Origin: Geosiphon pyriformis uo1
Lineage: Eukaryota > Fungi > Glomeromycota
Length of the DNA stretch: 64,000 nt
Direction: 5' to 3'
Assembly: GCA_016748015.1 (NCBI GenBank)
Contig: JAAOMT010000213.1
Location: 340,485 to 404,484 of the forward strand
The notes under the pieces were generated by a model that made no database searches, had not been told where the DNA came from, and saw nothing but the letters and a program-made list of their open reading frames with translations. Shown in pieces: positions 50,531-62,901 of the stretch (positions are counted from its first letter, which is position 1; each line of letters begins with the position of its first letter). The position numbers and the translations under genes were made by a program.

Positions 50531-51841
50531 ATGCAACAGTGGCTAGATATTGAGTTTTCAAACATTGATATTTTAGAGAAAAAGACCAGAGAAGTTTTGT
50601 TGCAATTCCGTCTGATATCATCCAAAGTCCCCATCACACGACGACAACAACAAAAGTTTTGCGAACTTGCAAAGGAGACGGCGATCGAGACTTATAAACG
50701 ATCCTTATTTGCATTTGATGTGATGACTTATATTGAAACTTTATCACAAGAAGATGTTGTTGGGGAGGACCTTATACAAGCACTGCAACTATTAATCAAC
50801 GAAGCACAAGTTCGTAAACAGGGGATGAAAGATTTGATGACTCTTTATAAGACTATTAATAAGGATATTGGGATTTGTTTGATTGATTTAAAGGCAAAGC
50901 AAGCGCAAGCTTCCCAAATTTCCCTCAATTTAAAAAAATCCAAAAAATCCAAGGCCTCAATCATTCAATATTTTATCTTTCAGCGCTCACTTTTGCCAGC
51001 TTTAATGGCATTTTGTTTAGTGGCACCATCGACCTATATTTTTACTAAAAATTATTATATTCCTACAAGCAGTGGGGCACTTGCTTCTATACCCTTAGGT
51101 CTTATTTCGGCTGGTTTGGTACGCCGGCACCAGGCGGGACTAACGAGATTGTTAAATACCTCCTTTTCCGATATTTCCCGTGCTTTTTTTAGGCGAAAAT
51201 CAAACATGCAACCAACTATTCGAGGTTTTTCTTATTCCTCAATTAATGGGATTCTGCAAAATACCCTCGAGAGAGCCAGGTTTTTTATGATACCCGCTAT
51301 CGCTTTCCTTTTTGTCGCCAGTCCTATTTATTACTCAACGATAGATCGCATCCAACAAATCACAGGTTTTGCACTCTCAACATGTGCAGCAGGGCTTGCA
51401 GCAGGGCTAGCAGCAGTATTGACCGGACAGAATCACCGGGGAGAGCTAGAACAGCGCCCGAGTTTTTATCTTGCACCGTTTGGCCTCCTAGGTTCCTCAA
51501 ACAATTATAGCCTTGTAACAGCTGGCAGTTTGGGCTTTGGTTCCTTTGATGAAGAAAAAAAAAAAAAAGAATATTCAGGGCTTCTCGAAAAAGAAGTTAC
51601 AGATACTCAGCGGAACATTGACATTATAATGCAAAATCTAGAAGCAACTTCAGATTTTTGGGAGAAACAAGAAATCTTGCTTGGTGAACTTCTCAAGAAT
51701 ATAAAATTGACAAATGAGGCTGACCATTCTGTTCTTATCCCTTCAGATTTAGCATCTAGCATTATCTCCCGATGGGAGGAAGAAAGGAAACACTGTGAGT
51801 ATTATCACAAGGAAATGATTAAAACTGTAAATTTATCATAG
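50531..51841 (+). CDS. Hypothetical helical protein with two hydrophobic hairpins (436 aa; true start may be upstream)
   Basis: Long intact ORF with normal CpG content; amphipathic N- and C-terminal helices flank four hydrophobic segments. Confidence 0.8.
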   Translation: MQQWLDIEFSNIDILEKKTREVLLQFRLISSKVPITRRQQQKFCELAKETAIETYKRSLFAFDVMTYIETLSQEDVVGEDLIQALQLLINEAQVRKQGMKDLMTLYKTINKDIGICLIDLKAKQAQASQISLNLKKSKKSKASIIQYFIFQRSLLPALMAFCLVAPSTYIFTKNYYIPTSSGALASIPLGLISAGLVRRHQAGLTRLLNTSFSDISRAFFRRKSNMQPTIRGFSYSSINGILQNTLERARFFMIPAIAFLFVASPIYYSTIDRIQQITGFALSTCAAGLAAGLAAVLTGQNHRGELEQRPSFYLAPFGLLGSSNNYSLVTAGSLGFGSFDEEKKKKEYSGLLEKEVTDTQRNIDIIMQNLEATSDFWEKQEILLGELLKNIKLTNEADHSVLIPSDLASSIISRWEEERKHCEYYHKEMIKTVNLS

Positions 51842-51938
51842 AAGCAGCCCATTTGAAAGATTTATTGGCAACAAAATTGAATTTTATTGGTTGAATATCT
51901 TTATAAATCCGATTGCAAGTAAAGAAAAACTTTTCAAA

Positions 51939-53249
51939 ATGTCTGAATCACATTCTACACCTCTTTCACATCGCGCGTTTTCAATAACGCTCATACTTGA
52001 AAACATTTTTGCCCATATTGCGCTCGAGCGCCATGTACGCTCCTGCTTATTCGTGAGTCGTTGGTGGAACCAGGTAGCCACAGAACGTCTTTGGTATAAG
52101 TTTAGCGGTTTGGCAAACGAGCCAAAAACTAAATCATTCCAAAAGTTTTTTCAAATTCTACGCGCTGCACATAAAGACCAGTGTTCACATCGCTATGGTA
52201 GGTATGTCCAAGTCTTAGACTTTGAACGTCTCAAGCTCCAACATGACACTTTGTTAGAAACACTTGAGTGTTGCCCACGACTTGAACACTTAATTCTCCG
52301 TGGAGGCGCTTTAAATAAGCGACAAGTCGCTAATATCGCTCAGCGTATCCCCAACATAAAGTTTATAAAACTGAACGGAATTGACGTACACGATGGGGAG
52401 GCTTTTCTTGCTCTTGCTAAAAATTGCCATTACCTGGAGGAGTTATCATTAAAGAAGGATATAGAATGCGAGGGTGAAGTCTTGGTCGAAATTGTTAAAA
52501 AGTGTTCACGTATATCAAAATTATGTATTGAACACAAAGGGTACGAAGACGAAATCATGAATCGAGTTTTCCGACATTGTCCCAACTTGAATTACTTGAA
52601 TCTGAATCAATGTATCAATCTTAGCGAGGATTTTTTGGTTAACATATATCGTTTCTGCCCCAAATTGACTGGTTTACTTATCACCAATATGTATGAAATT
52701 ATGAATGAATTTATCTTGGCTACAGCGAGTTACTTCAAAAATAGCCCAAGTTTGTCAATTCAAAAAGTAGATCGACCTTGGGATAATCAAGTGGATGCAA
52801 ATGAATCTAAAATTGATGTTTGCCTGGCTGAATGCGACTTCGGTAGAATCATTGATTTTTATCGAACTCGCCCTCAAATATTGAAGAAACTCACTTTGAC
52901 AAATGTCACATTAAACAAGAGGAGTTTGGGTATTATCTGTGAAAGCCTTGATGTGAGTCTGCTGAACTTGGACCGTGTCGCAGGAATACAAAAAGAGGTA
53001 AATTTTCCAGATTTCTAATCTAAGTTCATCTCTTTCTTCAAATTTGATCAACTTGCATTGGTCTAGGATATTCTGGATGCGGTACCAAAATTACGAAACC
53101 TAGAAACTCTCTACGTACTTTTTCAAACCTATGAGATAAATCCTTTGTTGAGAGAAGAACAGCAAAAGCTTGCTGAAGCCTGCCCTTCACTCACTTATAT
53201 TATGTGGCATCGTCAAAATTACAGTCTGCAACGTAATGAAAGTGATTAG
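51939..53249 (+). CDS. F-box/leucine-rich repeat (RNI-like) protein, 2 exons (intron 52998-53066)
   Basis: LILENIFAHI...SCLFVSRWWNQVATERLW F-box; repeated CPRLEHL/CHYLEEL/CPNLNYL/CPKLTGL LRRs; the GT-AG intron keeps frame. Confidence 0.9.
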
Positions 53250-53444
53250 TGAAATTTGGCTCTAAATCAAAAATTAAAACTCTTTGTCCGAGAAATCTAA
53301 TTTATTGATAAAGAAGCTGATCTTTCAGTTATCGATATGTCATGAGTTAAATTCAGAATATTTCTTTAAAGCACTGTAAGCTTAAAGAAAACTCTCACTA
53401 TAATAATTTAGAGCCATGTCAATCAACTTAAGGCTCTCAATTCA

Positions 53445-53953
53445 TTATCTTTTCACATCCCCTGTTTCCGGGTCCATCCAAGTTTTCGCGGGTCTGAAGT
53501 AGCCACAACGTGTATTATAATTAGACTGAATTATTAAATTAGTCGCCGCAAAAGCGAATGATTATAATTTTTCAAAATTTGATTTCGTTTACCTTACAAT
53601 TTCGATCACAGTAAAAGACTTCTTAGCACTCAAAGGTCGACATGATTGGATGCGTACCACATCACCAACAATGCAATCTTCATTTTCATCATGTGACAAG
53701 TAATTTTTATGGCGCGTAATAATCTGTTTTCGAGTGGGACTTAGAATTTAGCAGCAGATTTGAATAAATTCGTCCAAGTATCAAATGGGCTTCACGCTTA
53801 TAGCCTTGGCCATTATACGACAAATTGGAAAACGTTCAAGAAATAAGAATTCACCTTCTTCACTCTGGGGTGAATACACTGCCTTGCAACACGTACTTTC
53901 GCTGTTTTCTGCATCGCAGTACCAACAACGATCCCGGTAAAAATTTGACGCAT
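53445..53953 (-). CDS. MRPS17: Mitochondrial ribosomal protein uS17m, 3 exons (53953-53855, 53723-53593, 53493-53445); absent from the ORF track
   Basis: Spliced product MRQIFTGIVVGTAMQKTAKVRVARQCIHPRVKK|IITRHKNYLSHDENEDCIVGDVVRIQSCRPLSAKKSFTVIEIVR|PAKTWMDPETGDVKR* carries the S17 signature HDE..C..GD.V.I..CRPLS..K.F; canonical GT-AG introns. Confidence 0.9.
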
Positions 53954-54223
53954 GGATTTTTTTTCAAACAAATATGAGTGATGCCTACTCATTTAAAATA
54001 AATTGTAGTTACACTAGTAGTGATTAGATATTAGACTAGCATCAGTGACATCATAGACTGCCCAATCAAACATCGACAACGCATTCATACAAGTTATTCT
54101 ATACAAAAAAAACCCGTCGAACACACGTCAAAAATGTTAAACACGTTTTGCTGTCCGTTACAATCTCGCTCATTCTCACCTTTGTTTCACACTTACCTTA
54201 CAATACCTGAGTTTCCATAGAAC

Positions 54224-55904
54224 ATGCGGTTATCTTTTCTTTCCGTATGGGGTCTTATGTTATTGCTCTCTGTTGATTTAGTATGTGTTAGCGCCTCCAC
54301 CGACTATTACTCTATACTTGGAGTATCTCGGTCCGCCAGCGCTTCTGAAATCAAGAGACGCTACAAGCAGTTAGCCAAAAAGTATCACCCAGACAAGAAT
54401 CCTGGAGATGTAGAAATTGAAGAGAAGTTCGTTAAGGTGGCGCAAGGTAGGCACCTTAATCACTGTCTGGCATAAAGTCGTGAATGGGCAGGTGGTGATA
54501 GCTTTTGCACCGCGAAAATTCTTGATTTTTCATTAAATTTTCTAATTCATTATTAATTTTCCTCCAGCCTATGAGGTTTTATCAGATGAGGAAAAACGTA
54601 ATATCTATGACCGTTATGGGGAGGAAGGACTGAAAGGAGAAAATAAAGGAGGGTTTCACAATCCTTTTGATATATTTGACAAGTTTTTCGGTGGCGCCTT
54701 CAGTAAGACTTCTTTCGAGCTATACTCTTCATTTTCTAAATTAATTCCCCAATAATTGATTTTCATTTTAAACACCTAAAAATCCAGAGCACCCACAAAA
54801 AACTGAGCAAAGAGGTCCCAATATTGTATTGGAGCTGGAGGTTGTTCTCAAGGAATTGTATTTGGGCACCAAGTTTGATGTAGAAGTTTCCAAGCAAGTT
54901 ATTTGCGAACATTGTAGTGGAACCGGCGCCAAGAGTGTAAATGATGTGGTGAAGTGTAGTGCATGTGATGGAAGGGGCGTTCGCTTCGTAAAACAAATCA
55001 TTGGTGCAAGTATGTTTCAGATACAAACGACGTAAGTGTCATAATTTTGCTTTCTAAATTTCGAAAGATCAATCTTATTTGTCATTTTAATTGTAATTAA
55101 TAAACTTCTTTGCTAATTCACCGTTTCATTTTATAAAGATGTGATGTATGTGGTGGGAAAGGTAAAACAATAAAAACTAAATGCCCCCATTGTCAGGGTA
55201 AAAAGGTTCGACGCGGGAATGAACAATTAACAGTCAATATTGAAAAGGGAATGGCAGATGGGGAACAAATTGTAAGTTATATCCTCAGAATCATTATTTG
55301 GCCTTGTTTTAACTCTACAATTCGGTTCAATTTTTAGGTTTTTGAACAAGAAAGTGATGAATCGCCAGATACGATACCTGGTGATATTATATTTAAGTTA
55401 AAAACAATACCACACCCTGTTTTTGTAAGAAAGGGAGACAATTTATATACAAAAGAAACTATTAACTTAATTGAGGTATGCTCAAATTCTTTTATACAAC
55501 AAGTCGAGTAACACAAATTCACCTTTCATAGATAATTTTTGAATAGGCATTGACTGGTTTCGAAAAAAATATAACACATCTTGACGACCGAAGAATCACA
55601 ATAAAACGTGAAACAGTGACACAACCTGGTTTTGTTGAGGTGGTAAAAGGGGAAGGCATGCCGCGGTATCGGTCAAGTCAACGTGGTAATTTATATGTTG
55701 AGTTTACCGTAGTATTTCCTACGTTATTAGAAAATGAGACAAAAGAAGGTAAAGTATATTTAAACCTCAGACTGAACATTTAAAAACGATTCTAGATTTT
55801 CTAAAATTGTTCTTGTTCCCGAAAATTTAGGATTAAGAAAGTTATTTTTATCGAAGAGCAGTAGTTCAATACCCTCAGCCAATAAAGCGCATATAGAGTT
55901 ATAA
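54224..55904 (+). CDS. SCJ1: ER-luminal type I DnaJ/Hsp40 (Scj1-like), multi-exon
   Basis: Signal peptide, J domain with HPD (KYHPDKN), four CxxCxGxG repeats, C-terminal substrate domain, ends ...KAHIEL*. Confidence 0.85.
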
Positions 55905-56206
55905 ATTTCGCGGAAAGCCTTTACCAAGATAAAAAGTAATTACACCTCCACAGGGCTCCACCTATCTTTATAGAAATATCCTCGCACCTTACATTAAATT
56001 TTAAAATCACTGCCTTTTTATTCTTTGAAATAGAAAGAAATGAGTATGCGGCCAGTGTAAATTTGCATTAAATCAAAGAGAGAAACATGATGTCACGATA
56101 TGAAATCATTTACTCAATTTATTTGCTGAATTCAGTAAAGTTTGTGATTGGTTGCCAAGTTCTTAATCAGAAAAATTCATTATTTTCTTTTTGAAACACT
56201 TTAAAT

Positions 56207-57156
56207 ATGGCTTCCTCAACGAGCAGCACTAGTGAGAAAAAATATGAAGATATGACAAGTGAAGAACAAGCTGCGCACGACCAGATCGCGAAAGCCAAAG
56301 AGGAAGCAGAGCAAGCTGGTGACTCTTCTGTTAAAGCGGAAGTCTTCACAAAAGGATTAGACAGGAGCTAAAGTAAATCTCTTCTTTTGACTTTGTCGTT
56401 GAATAGCACTCCCGTACCGTTGGAAACAAACCCTACCAGACGTTGACATTACAGTGTCAGTTCCCAAAGGTACACGTAGCCGTGATTTAGTGGTGACCAT
56501 AAAAAAAAAGCATTTGACTGTGGGATTGAAAGGAAAGCCCTTTATTATTGATGTAAGTGCTGGGCAAATTTTCGAGGGAACAGGGTTATGTGATTCATAC
56601 ACAACGTTTTTTTGATTTATAATTTATTCTAATTACCGATTTTAAATTTCATCTCCAAAGGGCGAACTATGCAAAGAGATTAAAGTTGAGGATAGTACAT
56701 GGACCATAGGTATATAATAGCATATTAGTAACCCTCTGAAAATTAACTACAACAAGAATTCTAATAAATTTGTGTAATACGATTCATGGAATTTTAAGAG
56801 GACCAAAAGGAGATTTACATTCATTTGGAGAAGCTACATGGCACTGAGTGGTGGCGAAATGTAATCACCACAGATCCACCGATTGACACTACAAAGATTC
56901 AACCAGAAAACTCGAAATTGAGCGATCTAGATGGGGAAACCCGTGCAATGGTTGAAAAAATGATGGTAAACTAATAAATTTTCCAAAGGTTTAAATTTCA
57001 ATTACAAAATTAAAACAATTGATCTCTTCTTAGTTTGACCAACGCCAAAAACAACTTGGTAAGAAGACATCAGAAGAAATGCAGAAGGAAGAAATGCTTA
57101 GAAAGTTTCAGGCGCAACACCCTGAAATGGATTTCTCGAATGCCAAAATTTCTTGA
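56207..57156 (+). CDS. nudC: Nuclear migration protein NudC (CS domain), multi-exon
   Basis: [79 protein letters not shown]. Confidence 0.95.
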
Positions 57157-58725
57157 GATGCCAAAATTTCAACTTTGCAAATTCGACCTGACATTATTTG
57201 ATTCTATAGGTAGCAATCATATTTTATTACTTGAGATAAATGACTGCTTTTTCAAGAAACACAAGCTACAATATGTGGATATGTATGTTGACACCAAATC
57301 TACCTTTACTGACCAACTTTGAAATCCATAAATTGTCTGAAGACTTATGGGTAGTTTTATACAATTTTTGTCAATATTTTTAATTTCTTTTCTGAGTAGT
57401 TCTCTATTTTTGTTTGATTTCATTGAAACACAAATTTTTTGAATCAAATAAGTGTGATAAACTTTGGTTAAATTTTTGTTAAAATAATTTTTAAAATTAC
57501 CATTATTTTATCAAATTCTAAAATTAATTTTTTATCTTGTATTCTTATTCATAACAAATTAATTCTTTATACATGTACTCGTTATTGTAATAAAATTGTT
57601 TTTATTAAAAGAAAAATACACCATCACAAATTTTAAATAAAGTTGTTTAATTATATATACAGTCACATTTTGCCAACCCTAGTTACGAAATAAAACATGC
57701 CAAACCGAGTGTACTCGTGTAAATATTTCCAGTTGTTTCGGGCATATTAAAATTGACTGAAACCAAATGATTTTTAATGGAAGGATATATTTTTTTTAAA
57801 GGAAAAACAAGAAATAATCCAATTTCCCATGAATACGGTTTCCTGTGAAATATGATAAAAGAGTTGGAAAACGTGATGTTGGTCATCCCCTTGCTTTTTT
57901 GAAAGTTTCCAATTAAAGTTGTTTCAAAACCTACGGAAAAGTCATCATCTCGTGTAAACAGATCATTTTAAAAAACTCAGGAACATCAATTCGAGCTTTG
58001 AATTAATCGTGAATAGTTCCAAAGTAAGAAATCTTCCCTGATTCAACAGTTCTTGTCACACCATTTAAATAGTAAAGTTTGAACATTTTTGGTCGGATCC
58101 ATAAATTTCAATATTATTTGAATTAAGATATTTTAAAGCATTATTGTTCCCAGTTTATCATTAGAAAATTGATAGAAACTGAAGTTTCTAAAAAGATTTC
58201 CAGATGGAGGATTGAATTATTGATCATCCTAAAATACTCGGGGCAACCTTATAACACAACTGTCAATACATAACCACCCGAGATACGTATCTTCCTAAAA
58301 ATCACTTGACTGACAAACGAACTTCATTGTTAGAAAATGAGATCACTTTAATTAAGTAATGTGCTCAATTTACAATTTGGCTTGAACTGTCTTGAGCCGT
58401 TCCGCCATCTTTGAAAGGCAAGCTCTCGTGCCCTAATTTAGGAAGAAACTTGGCTAATGACAAAACTGATTAATAAAGATGGCGTCAAAAGATATATCCA
58501 AAATTGCAGATCTTTAGAAAAATTTAGCAATGTGTTACATACTTTTTTAAATCTTTAGTTTCCAATCGATTATATAAAAAACTAGATGACTATATTACTG
58601 ATAAATAAAACTTGATTTTGATAGAAATAACATAACGCATCTCCCATATAAAGAAAGGGATATAAATACTATTCTACAATAAACATATATCTTAATCATG
58701 CGACATTTAAAAACTACACAAAAAA

Positions 58726-59438
58726 TTACCACAAAAATTTCGCCCATACCACAAAGAGAATCAATGCAATCAAAACTATGATAATTAAAACGGTAATTAT
58801 ACGGTTGGTAGCCATTCTAAGGAAATTAATTACAAAATAGTATGGTAAAAAAATTCGTTCACATAAAATGATTATCTTTCAAAAAAGCGATTTTAATCAA
58901 CCAATTAAGTTTGATATCTTACCTTCGAGTCATTCCCTTTAATGTTCGTTGTGCCTTGTTGATATAGGAGTCGGCCTCCATCAACTAATCATTTGAATAG
59001 AAAATTAATTAATTAGAAGAGTTGAAGGCTTTCTTGTAAAAAAACAAAAAAACATACGTGATTTCTGGTAGCAGAGATCTGTTCTCTTTGTCGACGAATG
59101 TCTTCAAGAACGTTAGCCCCGATGGTCTCTGTTTTAAAATGAACATATATTTCGAGATCAATCACATTGCCCCTCAACCGATAAATCAAAAATTGAGCTT
59201 AGCAAAGTGATCCACCTGTCTCCAAAGCAATTCTGTGGCTATCTTGCAGACGTCGACTACTTTCACCCAACCGCTCTGTACCAGTAAGTAAGCGAGCTCT
59301 TTGATCTATCGCAGCAGTGTCAAAATCCGCTCCAGTAGCTCCACTTAGCAACTCATCACGTTCTGTTCGATCATAATATTCGCGGGTCCTTGCTTGTTTC
59401 TAATTATAAAGAAGCAATCTCATTAAATTATTATTATT

Positions 59439-59472
<34 letters not shown>

Positions 59473-59949
59473 TTATTTTTTTTATTAACTAATTGAGAGT
59501 CAAAATTAACCCTAATACCAGTTCTCGTTTCAGCTTATCCAAATTACTTTTATATGCTCTGAGTTTGGCTTGAAGGCGAGGACGACTAGATTGTGGCAAG
59601 TTTAATATTTCCATTTCCATTTGGCCAAGCTATTTCCATGAAAAATTAGTAATCTATTTTGATTTTTAACAAAAGCAGACGAAAAATGAATAAATACAAT
59701 CTCTTCAGCCTCTTCTATCTCCCTGTCAGCTCCATGAGCAGTAGTCTTTCTTTCTTCTGAGTTATCCAAATATTGTTAATTTGTCCTGTTCTCGTTTTTG
59801 ACGCAGCTCAAGACGTCAAACCTGAATTTTAACTTACCTCCAGTTTGATTTGGAATCTTGTTATAAATCTTTTCTGAAATGGCCTGGGCGACTAAATTAA
59901 AATCTTGCTCATAAGATTCAAAAAGTTCAGAGCCGCCGGCCGCATCCAT
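58726..59949 (-). CDS. VTI1: Qb-SNARE Vti1, multi-exon; absent from the ORF track
   Basis: SELFESYEQDF, QMEMEI...R.RLQAKLRAYK, DQRARLLTGTERL...SRRLQDSHRIALET, QREQI, LKGMTRRMATNR followed by a C-terminal TM helix. Confidence 0.93.
59428..59469. repeat. Compound microsatellite (TTA)4(TTG)10 in a VTI1 intron
   Basis: Directly visible. Confidence 0.95.
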
Positions 59950-60399
59950 ATTGTTTTTAAAACTGAGGAGTGATCAATAGAAATTATTTTAAAGGGGAAA
60001 CTTATGGGAAAAGAGAGATTAAAGTAAAAAATAATATTCAGCCTAACTAGTTGATGTATTTCACTTCCCAGTTTATTACAGGAAAATAAAAAATCATATG
60101 ATTTAAATCACAAATTATCCAAATTTGTTAATATTATGAGAGTAAAAAATAAACATTACATAAATCAATTTATTAAATTTCAAATTTGAAATAAAGTTAC
60201 GTAAAAAATAAGCTTCAATACTAAAAACATGTTTAAAATATTAATATTAAATAAATATTTATGTTATATTTTATTTTTTTATTTTTTTATTTATAAAAAA
60301 AAACCTTTGTTAATTTTGTAAAATTTAATAATAAATTTAATTAACAAAACCAATTTAGTCAATTTAAATTCCAAAAAAACCAACTTAAAATTAATTGCA

Positions 60400-61690
60400 A
60401 AATTAACAAAGTTTTTTTTATTGTAAAAACAGTTAGACAAAATGTTTTGAAAGCTTTTTTTTAAATAATAATAGTAAAAAGCTGTTTTTAATGGCTGTTA
60501 AAACATTGTTTTCATTTTTAACTGGCTCTTTTTCAGTTAAAATTCCTTTAAAAAAACACATTTGAATTAGTTTTAGTATTGTATTTACTTTTTTTAAAAG
60601 CCCAAAAGTATTTAATAACAAACTAATTATCAAGCTAATTTTTTTTACTCTTTTTATTATATTTGGTACTTTTAATACTTTTTTTTCTAAAATAATTAAA
60701 AAGATCATAAATTTAAAAAAACAACAGCAATTATCTGCTTTTGTTATTATTATACTAAATTCATTTGTAGTTCTTAATAAGATCTTAAAAAAGATCTTTG
60801 TTGTATTATCTAGTCTGTTTTTTAAAATAAATTAAAATTAATTATTGGTTGTACTATTTAATATAATGTTTTTTAACAAATTATTAATAGTTATAGAAGC
60901 AAAATAAACTTTTTTTATTAGATTATTTGTTCTTAAAAACTGAGCTAATTAAATAAAAACTAAATTAATTTTTTCACTAGTTTTTAATGTTACTATTAAT
61001 AATTTTTGAAAAATTATTATTATTTATCAAAGATTTATTGGATAAATAATCTTTATTTTAATAATTAGTACAACTTTTAAGATTAAATTGGCTTATATTA
61101 AGGCTGTTTTTTAGGTTGTGCATGGCTTTTTAGATGTAAAATCAGTATTAAAAACAATATAAAGTTTTTTTGTATGGAGTTTGCTTTTCAAAAATTTTTA
61201 GAAACTGCTTTTTTGGTTGAGCTTACAAGTTTTATTTATCTGATCACTCTTAAAATTGTTAAGATTTTAGTAGTTTTTAAGATTAATTCTCTTTTTGTTA
61301 TTGTTATATTGTGTAATGTGTTTTTAAGTATGTTTGCTATTAATATTAAAATAGTATTTAGTGAATTTGATAAGATTATTTATGTTGTATTAAAGTTTAC
61401 TAATGTTTGGCAATATTTTGTTGTTTATTTTAAAAAGCTAAATATTACTGTATCTGCTTTAAATTATTAATTAGTATTAATAAATAAAAATAGTATTAAA
61501 ATTTTTTTTTGATAAATTAAAATAAGACTATTTTGTCTTATAATAGATTTAAGACCAAATTAGTTAATTTTTTTTCTGATTATACTGTTTTTAAGATTAA
61601 TAATATAATTTTTTAAATTGGTAGTCAAACATGTTTTATTTTTTACTTTTCCAATTCTGGTTATTATTTTCAGTTTATTTTTAATAAAAA
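60400..61690 (+). mobile_element. Second, more degraded copy of the LINE ORF1-like family seen at 36240-39450
   Basis: MEFAFQKFLETAFLVELTSFIYLITLKIVKIL... aligns with 37395-37676; nucleotide colinearity over >1 kb. Confidence 0.75.
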
Positions 61691-62413
61691 AAAACAAAAT
61701 TTAAAATAAAAGTAATATTTTAAAAAATATTAACAAAAATCTTTTTATTAATATTTTAAAAAAATTGGTTGCTTTAATTTAATAGTAAAAAAAAATTGTT
61801 TTTTTGCTTTTTTGATTATTTAAACAAATATAAAAAGAATTATTTAATTAAAAATGGTTTTATACATAAAAAAAATTGGTTTACTTTTTATATTATTTCT
61901 TATTATTATTATTTAAAAAACTGTACCAAATTTTTTTTTAAATTTTTTTTAAATTTAAAAAGCTGTAATTTTTTAATTATAATTATATTAGTTTTTTTTA
62001 AAAAATAAATTTTGTTTTTTAAAAACTTAAATTTTTAAACTATTGTCAATATTAAAAACACTAAAAAGAAATTAAAAAAATTTATTAATTAAAATAAATA
62101 AATAAGTAATTTGATAATAATTTAGAAATTATATTAATTAAAAAACAATTTATATTCTTAAAAAATTAATTAGTTTTTTATTTTAATTATTATACTTTTT
62201 TTAATTAAACAATTAATTACAACTCACATAATACTTAATTGTTAAATTTTCAATTTTATTTTTTTAAACAAAATTTTAAAATTAAAAATTTATTTACTTA
62301 ATAATAAACAACTTGAATAAACAAAAACTTGTATTATAATTTATTTTTAAATTGAATTGTGTTGAATAAAAATGTTGTAAAACAAAATTGTAGGATATCT
62401 GGCTTATTACAAA

Positions 62414-62746
62414 TGTTGTACTTTGTTTATAAAATTTTACATTTGATCTTGAAAGATTTCAAAAACCATATCTTCAAAAAGTAATTGAAGCTGCTGGACA
62501 TATGTATATTTTTATCGAAAATTTCACTGTGAATTGAATTTTATAAAAAGATTTTCACTCATTTATTGTGATTATACATTTAAAGGTCTCAAGGAAATAG
62601 TTCCATTAGCATTAAATTCTGTTAGTTTAGTTAAAATTCGTCGCTTTGCTCGGCGTTCTATTTGTAGATATTTAAGTGGATATGAAAAAGGTCTTTCAGG
62701 AAAAGCTGCTATTTTACAGTTAAAAAAATATAAAATCGCATCCTGA
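62414..62746 (+). pseudogene. Relic C-terminal fragment of a DDE (IS630/Tc1-mariner-like) transposase
   Basis: [12 protein letters not shown]....[10 protein letters not shown]...[32 protein letters not shown]...[10 protein letters not shown]...KKYK; frameshifted. Confidence 0.7.
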
Positions 62747-62901
62747 TACTGTATTAGAGAAATTTGGAATCATTTATATTATACTAAGATTGCTGAAATC
62801 AAATTACTAAATATTATATTGATCCAAAATTGCTTAGGTCATTGATTTTTTTAGATGGTCTACTCTGGCCTTGCCCAATTCTTTCTCAAGATACTAAAAT
62901 T

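Noticed and set aside
57683-58490. Possible small gene or snoRNA between NUDC and VTI1 (MAERLKTVQAK..., ATGATGA box, ACCTACGGAAA matching the 18S 3' end)
   Set aside because: No splice model gives a convincing protein, no D box pairs with the C-like box, and the rRNA match is short; left unannotated.
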